In this document: piece by piece, positions 19,725 through 29,664 of the stretch
Layout of the letters: each line of letters begins with the position of its first letter
Position numbering within the stretch: the first letter of the stretch is position 1
Assembly: GCA_028287805.1 (NCBI GenBank)
Contig: JAQBOY010000005.1
Span: 1 to 63,046 of the forward strand
Reading direction: 5' to 3'
Length of the DNA stretch: 63,046 nucleotides
Source: Mucilaginibacter sp.
GTDB taxonomy: Bacteria; Bacteroidota; Bacteroidia; Sphingobacteriales; Sphingobacteriaceae
The notes under the pieces: model-generated
What the model saw: the letters and a program-made list of their open reading frames with translations, nothing else
What the model was told of the DNA's origin: nothing
Database searches by the model: none
Program-made: the position numbers and the translations under genes

Positions 19725-21281
19725 TTAAAAATAACCTGGATTTTGTATTAACTGAGGGTTTAGTTCTTTTTCTGATTGTGGTATAGGGAACAGCAACCTG
19801 TTAGCATTAATAACAAATGCATTTGCCGGAAGGTAGCTATATATTGTTTTTGCCTTAGCTCCATAAATAGTCATTACTGTTATTGCAGTGCCAGTGCGTA
19901 CCAGGTCATGCCAGCGATGGTTTTCGAATGCAAGCTCTACCCTTCTTTCATGCATAATAATAGCGCGCAATTTCGTCGGGTCTGTTTCTGTGCTTGCTGT
20001 TAATCCGGCCCTGGCACGAACTGCATTTAAATTAGTTAAGGCCAGTCCCGATTTCCCTTGTTCGTTTTGAGCTTCGGCTAACAATAAAAGCGCGTCTGAG
20101 TAACGATATATGGGCCAGTTATCATTAGTATTATTAGAAACGACATGAGAATGAAGGTATTTTTTAATATAAGGGACACCTACTTTTCCGGCTGCCGGCG
20201 TATAATTTACCACACTTTTATTGGCCGAAATTACAAGGAGGTCGCTCGTATTGTATGCACCTTCGGCAATTCCGATAGAGGCATCCAGGCGTTTATCATT
20301 GGGCTCGTAAGTGCTTATCAAATCCTGCGTGGGCGTATTCCAGCCACCTGAACCTGAGTTATCTGTAGCAATAACCGTTGTTCCAAATGTGGTAACTATC
20401 CCGGTATTCTTAGTTCTTGGTAAAAACTGGTATATAAAATTGCTTGGCTGGGTACCCTTATCAGTCCCTTGTAAATATTGTATTTCAAAAATAGACTCTT
20501 TGCTGTTTTTATTGGTTGTTAAAAAAGCATCTGCATAATTAGCATTTAAGCCATAACCCATTGCCGGTAGCGTATTGAGCAATATTTCGGCCTCAGCATA
20601 TTTCTTTTGAGTCATATACACCTCGGCTAACAGCATAGTTGCTGATCCTTTTGTTGCCTGGCCGATTTGCGGAAATTTTGCCGGCGGAGCCAGTTCATTT
20701 ATCGCGTCTTTCGCATCCAGGATTATCTGTGCATAAACCTCGTCAACGGTTAAGCGTGGTAGAAAAGCCTCCTCCGCTTTAGTTACCTCTTTTATATATA
20801 AAGGAACAGCGCCAAAAAGCCGTACGAGCTTAAAGTAATTCCAGGCTCTTAAAAACTTTGCCTGTCCGTCAATATCACTCTTTACACCGGCGGCCAAATT
20901 TACAGGAGCCAGCCTTCCAATAACAATATTGGACCTTGAGATACCATTATAGCAATGGAAATACACCGCGTTAGTGTAAGCATTGGTTGGATCATCAACC
21001 CAATCAGATATGCTCTCTCTCTGAACATTGGCAGTACCCCGGTTACTTGGATAGGGCTGATAATGGCTATTATCCGACCGCATTTCTGAGGTAAAGTAAT
21101 CGTTAACTGCTAAATCCTGCAGCGGAGCATATGCTGCTGCAATTGCCTGCCTGAAATCCGACTCGGTTTTATAAAAAGTGGTAGGTGAAACCGAGTCATT
21201 TGGGATCAGGTCAATAAAACTCTTTTTACAGGATACTGCTGTAAATGCAAGTATGGTAATTAAGATATATATTTTTTTCAT
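19725..21281 (-). CDS. susD: SusD/RagB family lipoprotein
   Basis: Lipobox VSC; AKFLRA..YF.LVR.FG, RYSD.LL..AEA, ERRVELAFE..RW.DL.R, QNPGY. Confidence 0.95.
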   Translation of the reverse strand: MKKIYILITILAFTAVSCKKSFIDLIPNDSVSPTTFYKTESDFRQAIAAAYAPLQDLAVNDYFTSEMRSDNSHYQPYPSNRGTANVQRESISDWVDDPTNAYTNAVYFHCYNGISRSNIVIGRLAPVNLAAGVKSDIDGQAKFLRAWNYFKLVRLFGAVPLYIKEVTKAEEAFLPRLTVDEVYAQIILDAKDAINELAPPAKFPQIGQATKGSATMLLAEVYMTQKKYAEAEILLNTLPAMGYGLNANYADAFLTTNKNSKESIFEIQYLQGTDKGTQPSNFIYQFLPRTKNTGIVTTFGTTVIATDNSGSGGWNTPTQDLISTYEPNDKRLDASIGIAEGAYNTSDLLVISANKSVVNYTPAAGKVGVPYIKKYLHSHVVSNNTNDNWPIYRYSDALLLLAEAQNEQGKSGLALTNLNAVRARAGLTASTETDPTKLRAIIMHERRVELAFENHRWHDLVRTGTAITVMTIYGAKAKTIYSYLPANAFVINANRLLFPIPQSEKELNPQLIQNPGYF

Positions 21282-21304
21282 GTCTTATTATATATGAGAT
21301 GATC

Positions 21305-24300
21305 TTATTTAAATGTAGTTTGAATGCCAAGTGAGAATGTTCTTGGTACAGGATAGGCATTTTCATCTACACCAATGCCCTGAGTAGCATCCAGGCCAGA
21401 AAAGCTAATCTCCGGATTCATACCAGAATAGTTGGTTATAATAAAAGCCTGCTGAACAGATCCATATACCCTTAAATTTTTCAGCATGCCGCTATCCTTC
21501 AATTTGAAATTATATCCCAGAGAAATATTTTTTGCTGTCAAATAAGAACCGCTTTCAACCCATTGCGAGTTTACCTGCCGGCCCATAGCAGTTGTACCGG
21601 TTTTAGTTCTGGGATAAATTCCGGAACCAGGATCTTCGGGCGATCTCCAGTGGTCAAGCGGGGCGGCAAGCAACATTCTTGAACCATCCATATTGGTTTG
21701 ATAGGCCCATTTAGCAGCATTTAAAATCTTCCCGCCAACAGCGCCCGCCATAGAAATGTTCAGGTCAAAGTTTTTATAAGTGAAGTTATTGGTGATCCCG
21801 AAATTAAAATCAGGAGTTGGGTCGCCAATAAACGTACGGTCATTCACATCGTCAATTACACCATCTCCATTGAGATCCTTCACCTTAATTGTACCAACAT
21901 CGGAAGCGCTGCCGTACTTAGCCGAATTAGCCAGGTCGTTTGCGTCTTTATACAATCCTTCAAAAACAAACCCATAAAACTCTCCTAAATGGTGCCCTAC
22001 CTGGTTACGGTAATAATCTGAAGAAACGGTGTTATTCCTGCGGATAAATCCCGGGGATACCAGCGATTCAATGATGTTTCTTTCAAATGAAATATTAAAG
22101 TTGGTATTCCATTTTAGTTTCCCGGTTAAGTTAACAGTGTTTACAGCAATCTCATGTCCCCAAAACGCAAACTGCCCTATGTTAAAATTGACTGACGAAA
22201 AGCCGGACGCTCTTGGAATAGGCATTGACTGAATTAAGCCATCTGATATTTTGTGATAATAATCATAAGCAATGGTGATACGATTATTTAGGATTGTCAA
22301 ATCCAAACCAACATCAAATTGCTTGTTTCGTTCCCAGGCCAGGTCAGAATTACCTAATGTACCAATGGTTTGTCCCGGAACCGATACTCCGTTTACCACA
22401 TAATTGTATTTTCCTAAAACTGAAAGTGCTGTATAATTACCAATATTGTTGTTGCCTGTTACGCCATAGCTTGAGCGTATTTTAAGAAAATCTATAGCTT
22501 TAAAATTCTCCATGAATTTTTCATCACTGATAATCCATCCTACAGATACAGACGGGAAGTATCCATACTTACGGTCCGTTCCAAATCTTGATGATCCATC
22601 ACTACGTACAGCACCCTGCAATAAGTACTTGCCCTTATAATTATAATTTAAACGGCCAATGGCTGATAGCAGGGAATATTCAGTAATGTTACTTGTGCCG
22701 GCAGTTATAGATGTGGCCGCACTTAGATAAGGTATATCATCACTTGGAAAACCTGTACCTGATACTGAATTGCTTACCTGGCTGAATTTTTGTGCAGAAT
22801 AACCTACCAAAGCCTGAATATTATGATCGGTAGCAATTGTTTTATTGTATTGAAGGTTTGTTTCTGCGGTCCAGGAATAATTATCTACAGAACTACTTAA
22901 ACCTGTATTTATGGAGTTGGCTGTGATGCTGGCCGGAGTAAACTGGTTGCGTGTTTCAGCTCCTTTGTCTGCACCTACGTTTGTCTTTAAACTCAGTCCT
23001 GGTAAAAACTCATAATTTAAATAAGCATTTCCTAATATCCGTGTTGTAATGTAATCATCCTTGTTTAACATAAACTGGGCAAGCGGGTTTATGTAGGAAA
23101 CCATACCGGGAGAGTTCACATTTTTCGTGTAACTACCATCAGGATTATATGGAGAAATTAAAGGGCTTGACTCAAATACTCTTTCAAATAAACCACCAAC
23201 ACCGTCTGTACTTAGTCTGTTATTATGATCTAAACGATAACTTGGCGCAAGGTTAAACCCTATCTTTAATTTATTATTACTTGAGGTTAGGTCCTGATTT
23301 AAGCGTAAAGAAAAAAGCTTGGTGCCTGTATTTACGATAACTCCTTCCTGCGACTGGTAACCCGCTATTACTGTAGATGTAGATTTTTCCCGTGCTGTTT
23401 GTACGGTCAAATCATAACTCTGTATAGGCGCCGCTCGGGTAAGCAGATTAAACCAGTTGGTACCCTCACCGTATTGGCTGGGATTAGCATAAGCAGGGTC
23501 AATTGCGGCAGTAACACCTTCATACTTCACCTGGTCCTGGTATCTTTCATTCATAAAAGTGGCAAATTGATTTGCATTCATCATGTCAGGTACCCTATTC
23601 ATCGGAATCTTTTGCACACCATAATTACTGCTAAATTGTATTTTTGAATCCCCTGCCTTCGCGTGCTTAGTGGTGATCAGTATAACCCCATTTGCCGCAC
23701 GCGAACCATATAAAGCGGTAGATGATGCATCCTTTAATACTGTAAATGTTTCAATCTCATCGGGGTTGATGTTATTAATACTGCCTGTAACAGGCATACC
23801 ATCAATAACAAATAGCGGTTGATAATCTAAAGCAAGTGATGCCGCCCCACGTATGCGGAATGCCATACCGCGCCCCGGCTGGCCGCTGGTTTGTGAAATA
23901 TCAACACCGGCAACTTTTCCCTGCAATTGCTGTGCAAACTGCCCTACAGGCATATCCTGTAAAGACGTGGCGCTAATTTGCGTAATAGCCCCGGTAACTT
24001 CTCTGCTACGTTGTTTACCATAACTTACAACAACTTCATCCAGGCTTTTTGCAGCTATCTTTAACTTGATATTAATTACCTGCCGGTTACCAACTGTAGC
24101 TTCTGTATTCTCAAAGCCCAGTAGCCTGAATATTAAAACAGAATTTGGAGAAGCATTAATCGAATACTCGCCATCGGCATTAGTTGAAACACCGGTTTGT
24201 GTACCTTTAATTAATACAGTTACCTCAGGAAGGGGCTCATCCCGATCATCAATCACCTTGCCCCTGATCTTAGCTGCCTGCTGGCCGAATGCCGATGTGC

Positions 24301-24373
24301 CCAAAAGCAAGGCAAGCAGGAATAAATGAAAATGCTTTTTTCTGAAAATAGCATAGTAAAGGTTTTTTTGCAT
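21305..24373 (-). CDS. susC: SusC/RagA TonB-dependent transporter
   Basis: LKDASSTALYGSRAANGVILITTK signature, C-terminal YPVPRTFSLG.QTTF. Confidence 0.97.
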   Translation of the reverse strand: MQKNLYYAIFRKKHFHLFLLALLLGTSAFGQQAAKIRGKVIDDRDEPLPEVTVLIKGTQTGVSTNADGEYSINASPNSVLIFRLLGFENTEATVGNRQVINIKLKIAAKSLDEVVVSYGKQRSREVTGAITQISATSLQDMPVGQFAQQLQGKVAGVDISQTSGQPGRGMAFRIRGAASLALDYQPLFVIDGMPVTGSINNINPDEIETFTVLKDASSTALYGSRAANGVILITTKHAKAGDSKIQFSSNYGVQKIPMNRVPDMMNANQFATFMNERYQDQVKYEGVTAAIDPAYANPSQYGEGTNWFNLLTRAAPIQSYDLTVQTAREKSTSTVIAGYQSQEGVIVNTGTKLFSLRLNQDLTSSNNKLKIGFNLAPSYRLDHNNRLSTDGVGGLFERVFESSPLISPYNPDGSYTKNVNSPGMVSYINPLAQFMLNKDDYITTRILGNAYLNYEFLPGLSLKTNVGADKGAETRNQFTPASITANSINTGLSSSVDNYSWTAETNLQYNKTIATDHNIQALVGYSAQKFSQVSNSVSGTGFPSDDIPYLSAATSITAGTSNITEYSLLSAIGRLNYNYKGKYLLQGAVRSDGSSRFGTDRKYGYFPSVSVGWIISDEKFMENFKAIDFLKIRSSYGVTGNNNIGNYTALSVLGKYNYVVNGVSVPGQTIGTLGNSDLAWERNKQFDVGLDLTILNNRITIAYDYYHKISDGLIQSMPIPRASGFSSVNFNIGQFAFWGHEIAVNTVNLTGKLKWNTNFNISFERNIIESLVSPGFIRRNNTVSSDYYRNQVGHHLGEFYGFVFEGLYKDANDLANSAKYGSASDVGTIKVKDLNGDGVIDDVNDRTFIGDPTPDFNFGITNNFTYKNFDLNISMAGAVGGKILNAAKWAYQTNMDGSRMLLAAPLDHWRSPEDPGSGIYPRTKTGTTAMGRQVNSQWVESGSYLTAKNISLGYNFKLKDSGMLKNLRVYGSVQQAFIITNYSGMNPEISFSGLDATQGIGVDENAYPVPRTFSLGIQTTFK

Positions 24374-24485
24374 AATGGTTTAGGTTTTTTAATAAATGAA
24401 TTCTTAGCCCATTAATGGACAGGAACATATTAACAGGATGTAAATTATTAATGGTTAATTGGTTAGCTTTTGCTAAATTCTTTTC

Positions 24486-24537
24486 AAATAAATAAAAATA
24501 AAAGAAATAAAACAAAATAAAAGAAATAAAAACACAT
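24486..24537. promoter_or_regulatory. Putative DeoR operator array upstream of susC
   Basis: Tandem 10-bp-period AAATAAAA(G/C)(A)-like repeats. Confidence 0.45.
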
Positions 24538-24694
24538 AATAACAACCACTTTTAACATATTTTAATATTTTTAGTTAAATAGTTAAATACTTTGCAATAA
24601 TAAGGCCGTCATGTTAAAGTAAAGCTTGTTTTATGTTATCAAAAAAGAAATGTTTTGAAATAATTAGCAAGCATATTAAACAACAACACATTGC

Positions 24695-26125
24695 TTAACA
24701 AACCTGAACAACATCTATATTAAGTAATTGCCCCAGCTTACTGATCTTGGAGCTGATGTGACCTACACCTACAGCACAATGATGCGCCGGACCATAGCTA
24801 TTCCAGTTATTGACAAACCTGCGTGCTCCTATACTGAATTTATATCTGCTATTGGTATTACCAATCTCCAATATTGGTCCGGGCACTGATTCCCCTTCGG
24901 CCACCAACAGCATCAGTTTGCCACCCTGCTGCTCTACCACCGAGAGCAGGGTGATCTGGCCATTCCTTACCGACATCTCGACCGACAGGCCCCTGCCTAC
25001 CTTGCCGTGATATACTTTTAGCGGACGTACTTTTGTTTTGCCTTCGGCTATTTTGATGTGACCAGGACCGTCATGTCCCATCAGCACCACATCATCATTA
25101 AAATCCATGGCATAGTATTCGGTAAAGGAGCCACCAGATCCAAAGCTGTCCATGATCTTCATAGCCTGCGCGTTCTTGATCTCGTATTCACCCGCTACCG
25201 GGATGTTTCGGGCGGTAAGCAATGAGTTACCCAATATGATGGAACTGATGGTGTCTTCGTTATCCATATTACCAGTCCCCTTATAATAATAGGCCATAGA
25301 GCCCAACTGATATTTATCTACCAGCATATCCAGCGCTACCGAGGTCCTGGCCGCCCGCTCCAGCTCTTCCTGCGAGCAATCACTTTGCACATCAAACTGC
25401 GTATGAAAAAGTTTTACCCGTTCGGCTATTTGTTCATTGGTGACTAATTTTCTGAGCCAGGCCAGTTCATCTACTTCTAATAATTCAATATGGCCACCAA
25501 AGCTGGCGTATTGCTGGGTAAGGTCGGTGTAGATATCCAGCATACCACTGTAATAATGCCCCATGCAACCCAGGCGATTATAGGCCATGATGTTGGCTAC
25601 TTTGGCAGCCTCCACCCATTCGGTTACCTCATCCCAGCATTCCGGATCATCATGCAACATACCTGTGATCTGGTGGAATTTGATACCGGTACGGTTAAAC
25701 ACATTAGCTATTTCCGGTACCGGACAGGCTGAGCAATAAGCCAGCCATTCGCCGGTCATTTTAGTACGGTCGGTCATCTGGTTAAAGGCGTTATAATCTA
25801 TTGCCGCCTCCGGTGCCAGGTTCAGAATGATGACCGGCACTTTAGCTCTTTGCACCACAGGTAAAACTGTTGAAGACAAGGCATAAGTAGTTACATATAA
25901 AAAGATCAGGTCAACATCCTCCCTCCTGAATTGACCGCCAGCCTCAAAGGCTTTCTCAGCCGTATCGATCAGACCAAGATTCACTATCCCCGGATGGATG
26001 GCTTTTAGCTTTTCTTCTACTATGGCCAGGTAGCCTTTTAGTCTTTCTTCCAAACCTTCAAACTGCTCCCAGTAGGCATCTAATCCAATACCAAATAAGC
26101 CGACTTTTAATAATTGTTTATTCAT
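24695..26125 (-). CDS. L-fucose/L-arabinose isomerase superfamily sugar isomerase (substrate unknown)
   Basis: GEYE, E.Y..DF, MGHDGP, GPAHH metal-ligand motifs; ATG at 26125 preferred over TTG at 26158. Confidence 0.85.
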   Translation of the reverse strand: MNKQLLKVGLFGIGLDAYWEQFEGLEERLKGYLAIVEEKLKAIHPGIVNLGLIDTAEKAFEAGGQFRREDVDLIFLYVTTYALSSTVLPVVQRAKVPVIILNLAPEAAIDYNAFNQMTDRTKMTGEWLAYCSACPVPEIANVFNRTGIKFHQITGMLHDDPECWDEVTEWVEAAKVANIMAYNRLGCMGHYYSGMLDIYTDLTQQYASFGGHIELLEVDELAWLRKLVTNEQIAERVKLFHTQFDVQSDCSQEELERAARTSVALDMLVDKYQLGSMAYYYKGTGNMDNEDTISSIILGNSLLTARNIPVAGEYEIKNAQAMKIMDSFGSGGSFTEYYAMDFNDDVVLMGHDGPGHIKIAEGKTKVRPLKVYHGKVGRGLSVEMSVRNGQITLLSVVEQQGGKLMLLVAEGESVPGPILEIGNTNSRYKFSIGARRFVNNWNSYGPAHHCAVGVGHISSKISKLGQLLNIDVVQVC

Positions 26126-26609
26126 TATCGTTAAGGTTGCATTAAAAATTAAGGCCAAAGCCTTGTGAAAATCTATAATTGGTTATTATAAGTTACCTGT
26201 GAGGGCCATCATCACAAACCATTAATCTTTAGGCCGAAAAATGATTTGTAATATTTTAATACAATATTAATTATTTAAAACATATAATTAAATAAAATAA
26301 AACATTTTTAAACAAAAAAAAAGTTATTATAAGGGAGGATTGTATGCCTTCTTCTATTTTAATCCTAAACGATGACATATGAGGTCGCAAATTAGATACT
26401 GATAGCTTTCGAATTGGCAGATATGACTTGTAAACCAACTCGCATGAACATTAAAATTACGCGGATTTCCGGATACAGCGGGTAACAGTTAAGCCGTGGT
26501 ATAAATTTATTATTGCCTTTCATTATAAACCAACTCTGTTTTTATAGCTATACAAAAGTGGGATTACCATTAGAGTGAAGCTAATTGTATTAAATAAATA
26601 AGGTATTGG

Positions 26610-26755
26610 ATGATACAGGTAGCATTTAAAATTGAAGTTAAAACCGGGCGCCATCAAAGAGTATAAGAAAAGGCATAGGTCGCTTTGGCCGGAGATGAAA
26701 GCTTTGTTAAGCATGAAGGTATATATGATTATAGCATTTTTTACGAAAAGGAAAA
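26610..26755 (+). pseudogene. rhaM: L-rhamnose mutarotase remnant (two frameshifts, truncated)
   Basis: Reads MIQVAFK / LKLKPGAIKEYKKRHRSLWPEMKALL / KHEGIYDYSIF across two frame changes, matching RhaM EYxxRH..WPE...YSIF. Confidence 0.75.
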
Positions 26756-27471
26756 CCCTTTCCGTACTTATACCACTGATCAGGCATATTTTACCGGGAA
26801 TCCACTTCTCCTCCCAGTTAAGTACTATCGCCAGGAATTAAGTCATAGCTTGAACGGTAAGCTGGGATCGCTGACCCTGCAATTGGCCGCAAGTCAGACT
26901 ATAGGTGAGATTACGCACTTCCCTATAATTTGGGTGACACCATTATAAACCAAAAAACCAACTACGGTAACCGATATGGCTATTCCACAACAGCCAGTTA
27001 CAATAGTCAGTTCAAGACTTGGTGGCGTTTCTCAGGAACGGTGGTAGCGGGCTATGTGGTTACCAGAGGTGAATATGCAATAACATTGCGATTAATAATA
27101 ATACTTTACAGTTGATACTATCCACTAACCAAACATTCACGATCTCTAAAAAGGCAGGTTTAAGCAGTACGCTGATTGTTAATAATTCCTTTCCAGGAAC
27201 AATTGTTAATACTCGTATTGGTAACCGGCTGGATACGGAAATTAGATTGCGGAAAACAACAGGTCCGTTCAATATCACTTTATCTGCACAGGATCTTCTA
27301 AAAAGCAACAAAGACCGTTTCAATTATATGCTCGGTGCATTACGTATCAAGGACAATTATTATAACGATACACGTAGTGTTGCCTTAGTGCTTACCTATA
27401 GCTTTGGTAAGCAAACTGTAAAAGATAAAAGGGATCATGGTACTGGTTCGCATGACGTTAAGGAAGATTAA
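26755..27471 (+). pseudogene. Decayed 3' part of an outer-membrane beta-barrel (TonB-receptor-like) gene
   Basis: Fragments NPFRTY...GNPLLLP, YNSQFKTWW, LSAQDL, YYNDTRSVALVLTYSFGK in different frames. Confidence 0.6.
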
Positions 27472-27629
27472 CATAGTTAGGAGGACGCAAGCAACACTTT
27501 GAGCAGAATACTATATTAAAAAAATAGATTTTAAAAAGTCGGTTACAACTTATTAGCTTTCTTTTCGTCCGGTTCAAAATGATGATGGTTAAAATCACTA
27601 CGGCAAAGTTGACATACAGGTTAAAAGGT

Positions 27630-27888
27630 AATGTCCAGCGTTTTTTTTGTGTTTACAGGTGGAAGAACTCCTGTAAATATTTCCCTAGACCTGCCTTGTG
27701 GTCTGGTTCAAACCGAAGTACCCAAGATTAGAAATTCTTCTGATGGGTTCAGACAAGCATTAATACCTCTTATGATCCCTTTGTTTAACTGATTGTCAAA
27801 GGTGTTTCTTTCACTATAAGATTTAAATTCTAATGATTCGCTTTCGGTATGCTCTTCTTTAAAAAGTTTCTATAACATCATACCTCAA
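27630..27888 (-). pseudogene. Schlafen/AlbA_2-domain gene remnant
   Basis: Manual translation FKEEHTESESLEFKSY...IIRGINACLNPSEEFLILG resembles AlbA_2 E...EFK...I.AF.N..GG.L..G; frameshift near 27860, stop at 27708-27710. Confidence 0.55.
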
Positions 27889-27921
27889 TTTACTCCCTTT
27901 TTTCCTGCAATGCGAGAATTA

Positions 27922-28040
27922 AATTATAAATCCAAATCTGCGATTAAACGCAAATCGTACAGGAAATAGTTCGAGATTTGTACAGTAGCCACCACAAACG
28001 TTCGCAAGTTGCTAAACACTTGCGAACGTTTTTCATTTAT
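27922..28040 (+). repeat. att-like junction J2 (core ACCACAA 27991-27997): upstream half matches J3, downstream half matches J1
   Basis: 27961-27998 identical to 56852-56889 (38 bp, similarity extends to ~77 bp); 27991-28040 identical to 557-606. Confidence 0.92.
27996..28034 (+). terminator. Intrinsic terminator-like hairpin (copy of 562-600)
   Basis: Same 14-bp perfect stem. Confidence 0.8.
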
Positions 28041-28586
28041 AATGCTTAAGCTCCTTTGGTTACGTTATTCCTCGCGTTATAGCTGAAACATCAGAGTTTA
28101 ACTTCCCCAAAACATTTTTTGTTGTTATGATCGTAATGGAATTTTCCATATAATTATCTATTATGAGATAATGCCTTGTGCCATGGTACTCACTTTTGAT
28201 GCCTTGTTCGAGCCAGGTGGGCGCACAAAAGCGGTTTTAAAGCCTCATCGAAACTGTCTAAATTCCTGATTTAGAGTGTTTTTTCATTTGTTCTCCCCTC
28301 AACGTCAAGAAAGCCAAAGTCCTCGTTACCTATCCGACTACCTGTTTTTAATTTTTAATTTAGGTAACACAAACCTATTCAATGAATTGACATACAGTAA
28401 TTACAGGGGTAAAAGTTTGTTTAAATCAGTCTTTTTAGACTATTCTGTGTTACCTTTTTGTACATTCCGTTGATACTCCTTGAATCATACTGTTGCAGAA
28501 TTAACATTTATTTATTATGATCACGGATAGAAGTATCTAACGAAAAGTATTAATTTCGGCAAAGTTTTTAATAAAAATTATAAAGT

Positions 28587-29396
28587 ATGAAGTTCTTTGT
28601 CTTGTTTTGGTCGCTATTGGTCCCAGTTACTGCTTTTTGTCAGGAAACAATAATTATGAATTCAACGTATCTAAAATCACCTGATACAATATGGGCCTAT
28701 AAGCCTTCATCATATAAAAAAACTATAGAATATCCGGTAGTTTTTTTACTTCATGGCCATTCGGCAAATTACAAAGCATGGAGCAAGCTTGCAGATCTCC
28801 AGAAACTTGCAGATCAATACAGTTTCATTATTGTTTGTCCGGATGGATTAAAGAAGAGCTGGTATTTAAATTCGCCACTGCGAGATAGTTCGCAGTTCGA
28901 GAGCTTTTTTATTAAAGAATTAATGCCCAAAATATTTGAAATCTATAGTGCAGACCGGAAAAGTGTATTTATTAGCGGGGCTAGTATGGGAGGTTATGGT
29001 GCCATGTGGCTTTTTTTACGCCATCCTAACCTGTTTCTCAGTGCAGGCAGTACTTCAGGAGTACTGAATTTAAGATACTCCGGGTTTAAAAAAACAACCT
29101 TGGCTGAGCATTTAGGCATGTACTCTGATGAAAATAAAGCTTTTGATGACTATTCGGCTATAAATAATCTCATCAATATAGTAGGTTTGAATAAGTCAAT
29201 AATCTTTGATTGTGGTACAGAAGATTATCTCTACTCTGCCAATAAAAAGTTCAGAGATAAATGCGATGAGTTGAAAATTAAAGCAACTTACATTGCACAG
29301 CCCGGTGCTCATACCGGTTCTTATTGGTCTGGAAGTATCTTGACTCATTTTAGCTTTTTTTCTGACTTGGCATCACGAGAGAAAATTAAGTATTAA
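28587..29396 (+). CDS. Secreted alpha/beta-hydrolase esterase (CE1-like)
   Basis: LLHG, GASMGG nucleophile elbow, DCG.ED, GAH. Confidence 0.88.
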   Translation: MKFFVLFWSLLVPVTAFCQETIIMNSTYLKSPDTIWAYKPSSYKKTIEYPVVFLLHGHSANYKAWSKLADLQKLADQYSFIIVCPDGLKKSWYLNSPLRDSSQFESFFIKELMPKIFEIYSADRKSVFISGASMGGYGAMWLFLRHPNLFLSAGSTSGVLNLRYSGFKKTTLAEHLGMYSDENKAFDDYSAINNLINIVGLNKSIIFDCGTEDYLYSANKKFRDKCDELKIKATYIAQPGAHTGSYWSGSILTHFSFFSDLASREKIKY

Positions 29397-29538
29397 ATCC
29401 TTTGTTTTGTTACGTGGACACGAGCGCAATTGATTGGCTATCTGTTCCATTTGCTGTATATCACGTATAGAAAACCTTTATTTAAAAATACTTTATAAAA
29501 AAATTTAATAATTGTTGCTGACTTGTTTAAAAATATTA

Positions 29539-29546
29539 TATATTTG
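29539..29546 (+). promoter_or_regulatory. Bacteroidota -7 promoter element for susC operon
   Basis: TATATTTG with TTGTTG near 29512. Confidence 0.55.
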
Positions 29547-29664
29547 TTTTAACAAAGTGAAATTTAGCTAATTGATCATTAGATTTTAAAATAGTACACT
29601 TAAAGTTTTCAGTTCACATTAAATTATTATATCAGCTTATTCCTAATTAAATCACCTGTATATT

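Larger units (their letters stand above)
557..27997. mobile_element. Putative non-autonomous integrated cargo element A (PUL cargo)
   Basis: Bounded by ACCACAA cores; left and right ends shared with element B; pseudogene debris near both ends; no integrase seen. Confidence 0.6.

Noticed and set aside
24695-26125. Naming the isomerase araA, fucI, rhaA or apsI
   Set aside because: Superfamily motifs only; cognate downstream genes (araD, fucA, rhaD, transketolase) are absent
26392-26523. Short minus-strand ORF resembling a SusC-type N-terminus
   Set aside because: Only ~43 codons and too little similarity to support a call
27696-27702. Extra ACCACAA on the minus strand
   Set aside because: Lacks flanking AAATC/TACAG boxes and terminator; a 7-mer is expected by chance
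27961-27995. tRNA gene or T-arm fragment (GTTCGAG...CCACCA) at J2/J3
   Set aside because: No 5-bp T-stem pairs around TTCGAGA, the TTC-to-CCA spacing is non-canonical and there is no cloverleaf upstream; only the terminal CACCA is suggestive
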